Assembly: GCA_001724265.1 (NCBI GenBank)
Contig: MEDY01000007.1
Span: 62,001 to 126,000 of the forward strand
DNA from: Rhizaria sp. SCN 62-66
Taxonomy: Eukaryota
DNA length: 64,000 bases
Reading direction: 5' to 3'
Positions 32,276-42,900 of the stretch are shown here, in pieces. Each line of letters starts with the position of its first letter. The stretch's first letter is position 1. Both the position numbers and the translations under genes were made by a program. The notes under the pieces were generated by a model. That model was not told the origin of the DNA and did no database searches. It saw only the letters and a list, made by a program, of their open reading frames with translations.

Positions 32276-35200
32276 TCAGATGGGCAGGTCGGGGAAGTTC
32301 TCCGCCACGGCCTCGCCCGTGGCGGCCTCCTCGGCGGCCGCCGCGGCCTCGACTGCGGCGGCGGCGACGCTGAAAGACGCCGCGCTCGCCTCGGCCTCGG
32401 ACAGCAGCGGCGCCGGCTGCGGGGGCGCGCCGGGCGGCGGCGGCGGCGGCAGCATGTCGTCCTCGTCCTCGTCACCGCCGTGGCCGCTGCCAGACGTCTT
32501 GCCGAAGTCTGCGCTGAGCGTCATGACGCCGCCGGCGCCGGCGCCGTTCGCACCGTCGCCGCGGGGAGACGGCACGGGCAGCGCAGCGCCGACCGAGCCG
32601 TCGAGGAAGCCCTTGCTGGTGCCGGGCAGCGCGGCGCCGGCCGTCCCGGGCGCGGGGCTGCCACTGGCTGGCACGGCGGCCAGCGCGGGGTGCGCGGGCG
32701 TGCGCGAGCGCGCGGGCGGGGGCGCCGCTGCGGGCACGGCCACGGGCGCGGCCACCTTGGCGGGCGCGATGTAGTTATAGCTCGCGCCGTCAACGCCCGT
32801 GGCGAGCGCAGCCGCGTCGGTCTCGCCGTTGTTGTTCTCGCCGTTGAGGTTCGAGGCGTCCGACTGCGCGCGCGAGCGCGACCGCGCGGGCGGCGGGGGC
32901 GCGCTGGGCAGCCCGTTGTTCCCCGCCACAGTCACCTTGGTTGCGCTGGCGCCGACGCTCTCGGCGGCCGGCGCGGCGGCGGGGACGACGCTCGCGAAGT
33001 CGTCGTCGTCGTCCGCGGGCGGCGGGGCCGGCACGGGCGGCGCTGTGACGGGGCGCGGCGGCGGCGGCGCGGCGTCGTCCCCGGAGCTGTTGTCGCCGTC
33101 GTCCGCGTCCGCGGGCGGCGCGGGGGGGATCGGCGGCGGGGCGGCGGCGTCGGGCGCGGGGGAAGCGGGAGCGGCGTCGTCGTCGTTGCCGCCGAAGAAG
33201 CCGCCGAAGAAGCCCTTGTCCTGGGCGGGCGCGGGTGCGGCGGCGGGCGCCGGGGGCGGCGGGGGGGCGTCGTCGCCGTCGTCGCTGTCGTCGGCCGGGG
33301 GGGCCGGAACGGGCGGCGCGGGCAGCGAGGGCATCGTCGAGGGCGGGCGCGAGGCCGGCGCGGGCGGCGGCGGCGCGGCGTCGTCGCCGGAGCTCTCACC
33401 GTCCTTGTCGCCGCCGAAGAAGCCGCCGAAGAAGCTACCGCCGCTCTTCTCGGTCTTGGTCTCGGTCTTGGTCTTGGAGGCCTCTGCGGCGGGCTTGGGG
33501 GGCGGCGGCGGCGCGTCGTCGTCGTCGCTGCTGTCACCCTTGCCGCCGGAGCCGAACAAGCCGCCGAAGAGCGACTTGCGCTCCGCAACGGGGGCCGCGA
33601 CAGGGGGCTGAGTCTGCGTCTCAGCCGGGGGCTGCTGGGCCTGGGCGGCGACCGAGGGCGGCGGGGGCAGCTCGTCCGCGTTGTCGCCGGCGTTGGCGGC
33701 GGCCGCAGCGGCGTCGGCGGCGGCGGCGGCGCTGTCAGCGGCGGGCGTGACGCCGCGCGAGGGCACGGTGCTGGGGGGGCGGAAGCGCGACACGGGTTTG
33801 ACGGGCTCCGAGTCCGAGTCTGAGTCGCCCGCGGCGAGCCCGGGGACAGGCAAGGGGACGCCCGCGCCGGCGTCGGCGGCAGAGGGCTCGGCGGGCGGCA
33901 ACGCGTCGGCCTCGTCATAGTCGGGGTCGCCCGGCATCGCGATGTGCGCCTTGCCGGTGCCCGTGGGCGTTGGGGGCGCGATCGCGGGGCCCTGGATGGA
34001 TGGAAACAGAAAGAGAGAGATACAACATCCAGAAAAAGATAAAAAGTTAGATAAAGTTGGAAAAATCGACATAGTCCATAGAAACACTACAATGTTGAGA
34101 AACATGCGATATATGTTATTAATGCGCTATGACATACCTGGTAGTTGCGGGCGGAGGAGGGCGAGGCGCCGGGTGCGGTCGACGGGGGCCGGTAGCCGAA
34201 GGGGACCTTCTCGCCGCTGGCGCTGGCACTGCTGTCGGCCGCGGGGGCGGTGGGGGGCGGGGAGTCGGAAGCCGAGAAGAAGGATGAGAAGAAAGATGTG
34301 GTCTGGGGCTTCTTGGCGGCCGCGGCCGAGGCGGCGGGCTCGACCGTCACGCCGCCCGCGCCGGGGGGCGGCGGCGGGGGCGCCGAGTCGTCGTCGCTGC
34401 TGTTGTTGTCGCCGCCGAAAAAGCCGCCCAGGAGCGATTGACGTTCAGCGCGCGGCGCCGCGACGTTGCTGTCGCTGCTGCTGCTGCCGCCGAAGAGGCC
34501 GCCGAACGCTGGCGCGGCGGCGCCGTCAAGCGGCGGGGGCGGCGGCGGCGGCGACAGCGCGCCCTCGGGCGGGATGATCGGGGGGCCCGTGGGGACGACG
34601 GAGGCGCCGAGGCCGGTGCCGGGGCGCGGCGGCGGCGGGGGGGGGATGTCTTCGTCGTCGCCCAGGAACATGATCGAGCGGGGGTCGAACGGCAGCGGCG
34701 GCGGGGGCGGGGGGATCTCGTCGTCCTCGTCATCGTCCGAGTCCGCCCAATGGTGGTCTGCGGCCGTCAGCAGGGCGGCCTGGTCGCTGTCGGCGCCGTA
34801 GCTCGAGAGGTCGGCTGCCGAGGCCGAGCCGGAGCCCGCCGAGGCGGCGTACGAGGGCTCGTAAGACATGTCGTCATTGTTGCCGGCGCCGCTGCCACTG
34901 CTGGAGTTGCTGCGCTGCACGTTATCGGTGAAGCCGGCCGAGTTGAAGGCGTCGATGACGCGCTTGCGGACGGCGTACCCGGCGGGGGAGTTCCAGTAGT
35001 GCGTGACGAAGTCGTGGATCTGGCGCCAGTTGGCCCGCGTGCGCGCCCTGAGCGAGGGCCGCACGGCGCGGATCTGCGCCTCGGCCTCCTCGGGGGTCAG
35101 CCCGTGGGCGATGCACGTATATGCCACGGCGACGGTGCCCGAGCGGCCTTGACCACGGCGGCAGTGGAGGTACACGCGGCGGTCGTAGGACGCGTAGAGC

Positions 35201-35978
35201 ATGAGCGTGGCGACGCAGTAGGCGAGCGACTTCATCGGGATCACGGTCCAGTCGGGGGTCGAGCGGTTCACGTGCACCATGCCGAGGTCGTGGAGCACGC
35301 CCGAGGACTGGAAGGCAGACTGGCGGCGCACCTCGTCGAGCTCGCGCAGCGCGTCCTTGTCGTGCGCGGCGGCGCGCCGCTTGAGGTCCTGCAGCTGCTT
35401 GCGCTTCGTGCGGCGCTCCAGGGTGTTCTGAACCTCAGAGGAGAAGCAGGGTGGAAGCTCGTAGGTCTCTTGGATAGACATGACGCACGAGATGGCGTGC
35501 TTGCGGGAGAGGTAAGACAGGTCGGCGCGGGAAGTGGGCATGCCGCCCAGGATGATGTGTTGGTCGATCCAGTTCATGTTCTTGCGGAAAACACTACGGA
35601 TGGGAGATATGGGCGCAATGTAGTGTAGAACGTGTGCATTTTAAGGAAATGTGATGTAAAGAGAGAGTCGAAGTGAGATTAGAAAGAGACAGAGCGAGCG
35701 ATACGTCAGAATGACGTTGGACGGTTGGTGAGTGAGGCGAGTGAAAGCGGACAAAAGAAAGCAGACACAAATACAAGAAGAATGGGGAATAGTGTAGGTG
35801 TAACGTACGGCTCGCCCTCATTCCAGCAGCAGCACATGTCTTTGCAGCAGTAGCGAAGGCGGCAAAAACACGAGAACAGAAACCGTGGCTTTCGAAACAT
35901 AGTGCCCACGATGCCTAGCACGACGAGCAGTCCCACGAGCGGGACGACGACCGCCGCAGCCAGAAGGCCCGGGTGCAT
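32276..35978 (-). CDS. Dual-specificity/lipid phosphatase (PTPMT1/DSP8-like) with N-terminal TM helix and long Pro/acidic tail; exons 35978-35809, 35593-34138, 33991-32276; 1113 aa
   Basis: CX5R motif VYLHCRRGQGRS, WIDQHIILGGMP, TPDW loop, IRAVRP. Introns GTACGT..TAG and GTATGT..CAG keep the frame. TM LLAAAVVVPLVGLLVVLGIVG followed by a Cys cluster. Ends TGA. Confidence 0.85.
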
Positions 35979-36673
35979 CTGCGCAGGGTGTAAGAGAACG
36001 TGAAAAAAGGAAATAAAAGTGCGTGAGCTGTGTCGGGTGTCGTGAAAAGCGGCGCAGCGGACAGATATCGAGCACCGGAGGCGAAAGGCAAAGGAGAAGA
36101 GGACGCGAATCTGCCGCACTCCCGGGACAGGCACAGACTGCCGTTACTCAACAAAACAAACATAAAGAATGCAGTTCAACGCACAAACTCACTTGTCATA
36201 GCCCCAAGTTATCCTCTGCTCGGTTCCAACTCGCCTTCAAACCACTTCCAATTTGCCCGCCTCAACCCTTCCTGGGCAACGCTTTGTAGCTCTCTCCGGT
36301 CACCGCTGTCGGTCGAGTTTGACCGGCTGGTCGTCAGTCGGACGAGCCCACTGGAGCGGCTAAACTTCTTGGAAAGCAGAGTGACCAGCACTCAAATCGG
36401 TCTCAAGCGAGGTCTTAGAAGTGTCCTGTTGATTAATAGTTTTTTGCACATATATTAATCAGCTTTTGCATTTATCGTGTGCCACCTGTTAAGCGCCTTG
36501 GCGGAAGCGTGGGGTCAATCTAGATGCTCCCTTGCCCCTCTGAAGCCCCTTCCCCTTTGCTTCGAACCACTCTCCAATCTGGGCCCGACGCCCTCCGCAG
36601 CCCCTGCTTGACCTATAACCCCGCTCATACGTTTTCCCTTGCTCTTTTCTATTCCGCTTTGCGTCTGCAGTGT

Positions 36674-38656
36674 ATGATGCAGCGGGTCTTTGTGCCCCTT
36701 GCCTCAGTGCTGCTGATGGCACTCCTCTCTCTGAGTGCAGTCAGGTTCGTCCTCTCCCCCCTCTCTCGCTTCCTCTCTTGCCTCATCATTATCAGCGGTG
36801 CCAACATCGCTCCGTTCCTGCATTTACGCTTACGTATATTATTGCCTCCCACTTCGCTCTCGCTCCTTGTGTTCCTCCGTAGCGCGTCCCCCGAGCCGTC
36901 TCTGCTCCAGGCTGAGTCGACCACGACGTCGGCCTCTTCGTCGCAGTCCCAGTCGCTCGCCGACTACTTCCTCGAGCAGCTCTCGCGCCCGCCCGTCGTC
37001 TGCGACCTGCTCTCCTCCTCGGGCATCTGCGCCACCAACTCCGCCTCGTCGCTGACTCCCGGCCGCGCCACCGTTGCGCCCCCCGCGCTGCCCCCCGCCA
37101 CAGCGGCCGTCTTCTCGTTCGACGAGCTGCTGCACGGCCACACCGTCGACCGCTCCGGCAACGGCCGCCACGGCGTCGTGCTGGCCACGGCCACGGGCGA
37201 CACCGCGCACCTCGCCTCGGCGCCCGACCGTCTCTCGGGCTCCGGCGCGTCTGCGACGTTCACCGGCGCCGCGTTCGTCGCCGTGCCCAACATCCTCACC
37301 CCATCGGCTAACAGCGCTCCCTCGATCGCCGTCGCGCCCGAGGGTCTCACCATCTCGCAGTGGGTCTTCCTGGCCAGCGAGAAGGTCGTCGCGTCGTCCC
37401 CCAAGCACGGCTGCCACGTCTCCGGCGCCGGCCCCACGACGCTGGCGCTGCTACCGTCACGCCACCTGGCCATTCACGCCGGGTCCTACTCGTTCAAGTC
37501 GCACGCGCGCCTACGCCCCATGGTGTGGACCCACGTCGCGCTGACGTACAACACCGCTGATCGCTCGCTCGTGCTCTACGTCAACGGCGTCCGCGACGTC
37601 CACGCGCGCAACCTGCCCCTCGCGCCGCTCACGCTCGACAAGTCGATCCTCGCCGCCTCGGCCGCGGCCGCCGACACCGCCGCCCCGGGCTCCGCGCTCT
37701 CCAAGGTTGCCGCGCTCGACGCGCAGTCGATCCTGTACCTCGGCGCGCTGCCCTCGGCGCACCCACGCGCGTCCAAGTGCGACGTCCGCTACTTCCTCGA
37801 CGACGTGCGCGTGTCGCTCCGCGCGCTCACGGCCAACGAGGTCGCCGCCGAGTCGTTCCCCTCGCTCGGCGCCGTTGAGCCCAGCTTCATCGCGCTCGGC
37901 TGCGACCGCGGCAACACGTGCGCGCGCCCCCAGGCCGCCCGCGCGTGCCCGGCCAACTACCACCTGTGCACGCAGAGCGAGCTCGACGCCGGCGCGCTCG
38001 AGGCCGCCGTGGCCATGGGCTGGGTCGAGTGGGGCGACGAAGTCTGGGCCGCGCCCGAGCCCAAGCTCGCCACCGAGGCCCCCGCCGGCGCCCGCGCCCC
38101 GCCCCGCCCGCGCTCCGCCGCCGCCGTGACGCCCGCTGCTGCGGCCGCGGCCGCGGTTGACGCCGCCGCCGCCGCTGCCGCGGGCACGCCCCCCGTGACA
38201 GCGTTCCTCGAGCTCGAGAGCGAGCTGTACGCGCGCCTCAGCGCTGGTGCGGCCGCCGGGTACAACCCCTACGCGGACGTCGAGGCGCTGGACCCGCAGT
38301 ACAGCGGCAAGGTCGTCCGCGAGGACTTCTCGCTCGCCGAGCTCCTCGCCAGCAGCAGCAGCGGCAGCGGCAGTGATGCCGAAGCTGAGGCGCCCGACGC
38401 TGCCGCTGCTGCTACCGCCGCTGCTCCTGCCGCTGCGGCTGCCCCCGCTGCTGCTGCGACGACTGCGGCTGCTGCGGCGGCCGACAGCACCGCCGCCGCC
38501 GCTGCGACGACTCCTGCGAACGACGGCGAGGCCGTGGTGCGCGAGGTGACTTCGCGCGAGTATAGCGAGTACCTGCCGGCCGAGCCCACTTTTGCGGGCC
38601 CCGGCTCGCCGCAGCAGTGGGTCGCCAAGGTCGCGCTGTGCTGCGCGTTTAACTAA
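36674..38656 (+). CDS. Secreted LamG/ConA-like jelly-roll protein with Cys-rich C-terminal module; exons 36674-36744 and 36883-38656; 614 aa
   Basis: Signal peptide MMQRVFVPLASVLLMALLSLSAVS; FSFDE..VDRSGNGRHG, TISQWVFL, WTHVALTY, LYVNGV, FLDDVRVSLRALTANEV. Pyrimidine-rich intron 36745-36882 (GTTCGT..TAG). Ends TAA. Confidence 0.8.
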   Translation: MMQRVFVPLASVLLMALLSLSAVRFVLSPLSRFLSCLIIISGANIAPFLHLRLRILLPPTSLSLLVFLRSASPEPSLLQAESTTTSASSSQSQSLADYFLEQLSRPPVVCDLLSSSGICATNSASSLTPGRATVAPPALPPATAAVFSFDELLHGHTVDRSGNGRHGVVLATATGDTAHLASAPDRLSGSGASATFTGAAFVAVPNILTPSANSAPSIAVAPEGLTISQWVFLASEKVVASSPKHGCHVSGAGPTTLALLPSRHLAIHAGSYSFKSHARLRPMVWTHVALTYNTADRSLVLYVNGVRDVHARNLPLAPLTLDKSILAASAAAADTAAPGSALSKVAALDAQSILYLGALPSAHPRASKCDVRYFLDDVRVSLRALTANEVAAESFPSLGAVEPSFIALGCDRGNTCARPQAARACPANYHLCTQSELDAGALEAAVAMGWVEWGDEVWAAPEPKLATEAPAGARAPPRPRSAAAVTPAAAAAAAVDAAAAAAAGTPPVTAFLELESELYARLSAGAAAGYNPYADVEALDPQYSGKVVREDFSLAELLASSSSGSGSDAEAEAPDAAAAATAAAPAAAAAPAAAATTAAAAAADSTAAAAATTPANDGEAVVREVTSREYSEYLPAEPTFAGPGSPQQWVAKVALCCAFN

Positions 38657-39920
38657 GCATCGCATGGCAGCACCCTTCAGCTGAGTAAGTGACTCGGAGG
38701 GAAGGGATGAACTTAGGGACGAGGTAAAGAAAAAGAATGAAAGGGGGGGAAGGGAACTGAAAGGAAAGGAAAGGAATAATGGACAGAATTTGGCTGTGGG
38801 TTTCCTCGGTGTGGTGTTGTTTATGGTATGCTTTTTGTTGTTGTTTACATATTTTACCCTTTAAACAAAAAGATATACGCCAGACACGCAGTTCGTTGCG
38901 AACTTCATTGTGTGAACGCACTGGTGACACACAAATAGCCCACTTTTGAGAGAAAGAAGAAAGGAAGTATAGAATGAGAATTGTATGGGAGGAAGAATCT
39001 GTCCGCGAAGTCCTTGTCTTTGCGTTGGGTGAATTGCAGCAGTCAAGTTTGTCATGGTTTGTAAGTTTACGTTTGTTGTGCTACTGTTTCTTTTATTGTG
39101 TGACAAAGCCTAAGATGCTGGAATATGATGAACAAATTAGCAAAAGAAATAAATATATAACAATTTATTATCACTCTAGAACTTTGTAACGTGAGAGACC
39201 CACGCGTACTGTCCGTATGATAACCACACATACGTACTCATGATAAACGTATTCGAATTGTAGATCAAGTCCAGTACTTATTCTCCTGCTTCGTCACAAG
39301 TCACTGGTAACAGGACGCTGCCGACGTTTTACGTTCAGCGTTTGCGCCAGCAGCGGTGCGGCCTCGGAGAGCCCGGAGCCGGCGGTGTCATTTGCCGCTG
39401 ACGATGAGCTGGTTGCTGCTGCGAGGCAATCGGACATGCACACGCTCGTTGCATTGATGAAAGGGTGCATATGATAGCGAATGACTGAGTATTGTATTGA
39501 TAGCACATGATACAAAAATCGACCGGCAATAGCACAGCGTGTAAATGAGTATGCATACTTGTAGGATTGAATAGGCACGGTCAACAAAGAAGAATCAACA
39601 ACTGATACAAATGGGAGACAAAACTAATATAGCATCGGTCGAATCATGGAAACAACACAAAATAGAGAAAGATTAGACATGGAACAAAAGAAAACGAGTC
39701 GCGCAACAGAAGCAACACACACAAAACAGCCGAAGAACACGCGAACATCAAAGCAAACACACAATGGTTGCAAAACAATGACTTCTGACAATACCAGCAA
39801 CAAATGTGGGGTCATTCATTCATTGATCTATAGTTGTGCACATGCATGTAGGTGAGGTTAAACGTGTTCATATAGACTTACGCGTCAACATAAAGAGATA
39901 TCGATATCAACAGCTTGACC

Positions 39921-42900
39921 TTACTGCTTCTTGTTGCTTTCGTTGGCAAGCCTCTGCTGGCGCGCGGCCGCCGCAGCCGCCGCAGCCGCCGCCGCGTCGG
40001 CCGCCGGCAGCCGGACGGCGCCCGCAGGGACCGCAGAGGGCGTTTGCGGCAGCCACAGCGTCGGCTGCTGCTGCTGCTGGGGAGACTGTGGCGCCAGCGG
40101 CGACTGCGGCTGCGGCTGCAAGGGAGCGGGCGACAGCGCCTGGGGCGGGGGCGGGGGCGGCACGGCCTTCGGCATCGGCGGGGCGTGCTGTTGCTGCTGT
40201 TGCTGCTGCATGTTTTGAGCTGAGTAGTACGACGCAGGCATCGTCGTCGCGTTCTTAGGTGGCGGCGGCGGCGGCGGCGTCGCCAGCGGAGACGACGGCG
40301 CCGCAGCAGCGGAAGCGGGAGCAGCAGGCGAGCTTGCGCCTTGCGGCTTCGGAGGGGGCGGCGGCGGCACGGAGATAGGAGTGACCGTGGGCAGCGGAGT
40401 GACGGCGGGCGCGACAGGCACCGCCGGGGCAACGGGAGGCAGGGGCTGGAAGCCGGAGACGGCTGGCGCGTTCACAGCAGCAGCGTTGCTGTTGCTGCTG
40501 CTGTTCGCAGACGCAGCGGAGGGGGACTGCGGCGGCGCAAGCGAGAGCATCGCGGGGGCCTTGTTGGATGGCGTGTACGGGGCGGGACGGCCGGCAGTGT
40601 ACGTCGGCTGCTGTTGCTGAGGCTGCTGCGGCGGCTGCTGCTGGTAATACGCGAAGGGCGACGGGGCAGCGGCGGCAGCTGTGGGGGAAGCGGGATTGAC
40701 AATACGCTGCGTGTATGTGCCTTGCTGGTTCGTGTAGCTGGGCTGCTGCTGCTGTGCGGAGGTCGGCGTCAGCATCACGTCGCCAGTGCTAACTGCAGCC
40801 GCACTCGCGCTCGCAGGGCTACTGATGACGTTCGCGCCCGTGGCAGCGTTAGCAGTGCTGCTGTTGGTGTTGGTGTTGTCGCCGTCCGTCTTGCTGCGGC
40901 ACTTAAGGTAGGTCGCGATGACGACCGCGGCCAGCACCAGCGCGCCGACGACCGCGATGACGATGATCGCCCACGTGGGCAGCGCGGCGCCGCTGTCGTC
41001 GGTGGCCAGAGTGACGGCGTCGCCGAAGCCGGCCGCGCGGCACGCCGCCGGGGTCGTCAGCACAGCCTTGCTGCACACGGCGCTGGCGCCGGCGCCGTCG
41101 GTGGTGGCGGCCGAGCTGTCGCCGCCGCCCGAGACGGGCTAGCAGCGGCCCGAGCTGGGGCAGTAGGCGCACAAGCCGCCTGCGGCAGGCGCGGTGCAGA
41201 AGCCGCACGACGTCGCGGGGGGGCACACGGTGGCCGTGGCGAAGAGCGAGGACGAAGACGAGGACGAAGACGAAGAACTGGCCGCGGCCGAGGCGGAGGC
41301 CGACAGGGCGGACTCGAGGGCGGAGCGGACCGCGGCGGCGGAGCGCGAGTCCGCCGCCGCGGTCGCAGCGGCGGAGAACGAGCGAGAACGGGTGCGAGAG
41401 CGGGCGGCAGTGGTCTGCATGATGTTGCTGGCGGCGTAGCTCTTGCCGCTGCCGCTGGGGAGCGACGACTCCGGGTCAGGCTCCGTGAAGGCGAGGTTGA
41501 GCACAATCAGCTTGCCCGCCGTCACAGCCGCAGTCTTGGCAGTCTTCGCAGACTTGGTGGTCGAAGCAGCGGCGAGGCGCTTGAACACAGTGGCCGACGC
41601 AGCAGCGCTCAGCGTCGTTGCAGCAGCAGCAGAAACTTTCGTCACGGCGGCAGTGGCGTTGCCGAGAGCGGCGTCGACGGTGCCCTTGGCGATCGCAGCC
41701 GCCCGGCGCGCGATCTCCTCCAAGTTCTCGATGTCCGTCGTGGAGACAAGCTGCAGCACGAGGCGCGCGGTGTCGGTCTCCGCGAGCTCCGCCAAATCAG
41801 CGGCGACGAGGTCGAGGAACGCGTCGACGTCGCTGTTGAGCGCGAACGAAGTCGGCACACGCCAGTCAAGCTCGACCGCGAAAGCAAAGCGCGTCCAGGG
41901 CAGTTCGCGCGCGACGGGGAAGGCGCATCCGTGAAGCACGTTGAGCGTGTAGCCCTCCCAGATCGACCAGGACCAATCGCCCTTGGTCCACTTCTTCAGC
42001 GCGTACGCGTGCGCGTGCGCCTCGGCGGACACGGCCGCGACGCCGGCCTCGACGTGGTAACGCAGGCGGTGCGGCACTGTGCAGTCGCCCTTGCGCCAGA
42101 GCGCGGACGCGCGCGTCGCGGCCGCGGTCGCGTCGTCCATGGCCGCAGTCACGGCAAACGCGTTCGCATTGACAGCAGAAGATGTCGCGGTGGATGGCGC
42201 GTCGGCGACGCTGGCGGCGTCAGGTAGCGCGTTGAAGCCCTTTGTGGTGGCTTCGAGCTTGCCGCGCACGAAAAGCGGCGCCGAGATCGAGGCGTCGATG
42301 ATGCTGCTGAGCTCGAGCGCGATCGTGGGCACGACTTCGACCTGCAGAGTCGCCTCGCCGGCCAGGGTGAGCGCGGCCTCGACACCAGCAGCGAGGGAAG
42401 AGGAAAACACGTCGCCCGTGGAGTCGCCGTAGCGGATGATCGTCGTGAAAGCGGGCTGCTTGACGGTGCCGACAACGGTGACGATGCCGCGCGCCGAGGC
42501 TTCGTAGCCGAGCGCGATGACAACGCCCAGCGTGAAGTCGAGGTCGAAATCAATGCCGGCCACTGTGAAGGAGAACCCGCCGAAGCGGTAGCCGATGGTG
42601 GCGAGCTCGGCGCGGCCCGTCAGCGAGAGCTCGAGCGACGCGTCGAGCGCGAGCTTGGCCTCGAGCGAGCCCGACACGGTGGCAACGAAGCGATCCGTGG
42701 CGCTCGAGCCGAGGTCGAGGCGCACGCCGCCGACGCCGATGGAGCCGGTGAAGTAGCAGTCGGTGCAGTCGACCGTGGCGTGAACGTCAATGCCGGCGTC
42801 GCAGAGGGAGCACTGGGCGCGGGCGAAGAAATTCGACGGCGAGGGGGCCGGGCACGTGGCCGTGGCGCACGACGAGTCGAGCAGGGTCTTGCTCTCGACA

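Noticed and set aside
39921-41078. Treating the 385-aa ORF as an independent gene
   Set aside because: It starts at GTG in GC-rich coding sequence with no spacer or signal peptide, is in frame with the upstream exon, and completes its PSI domain.
41139-41200. A small intron ending at the TAG
   Set aside because: It would delete conserved PSI cysteines, and the region is GC-rich with no GTAYG donor or pyrimidine tract, unlike all other introns here.
40341-42227. 628-aa Arg/Gly-rich plus-strand ORF spanning the internal TAG
   Set aside because: Shadow frame of paralog A with no motifs; the paralog alignment supports the minus strand.
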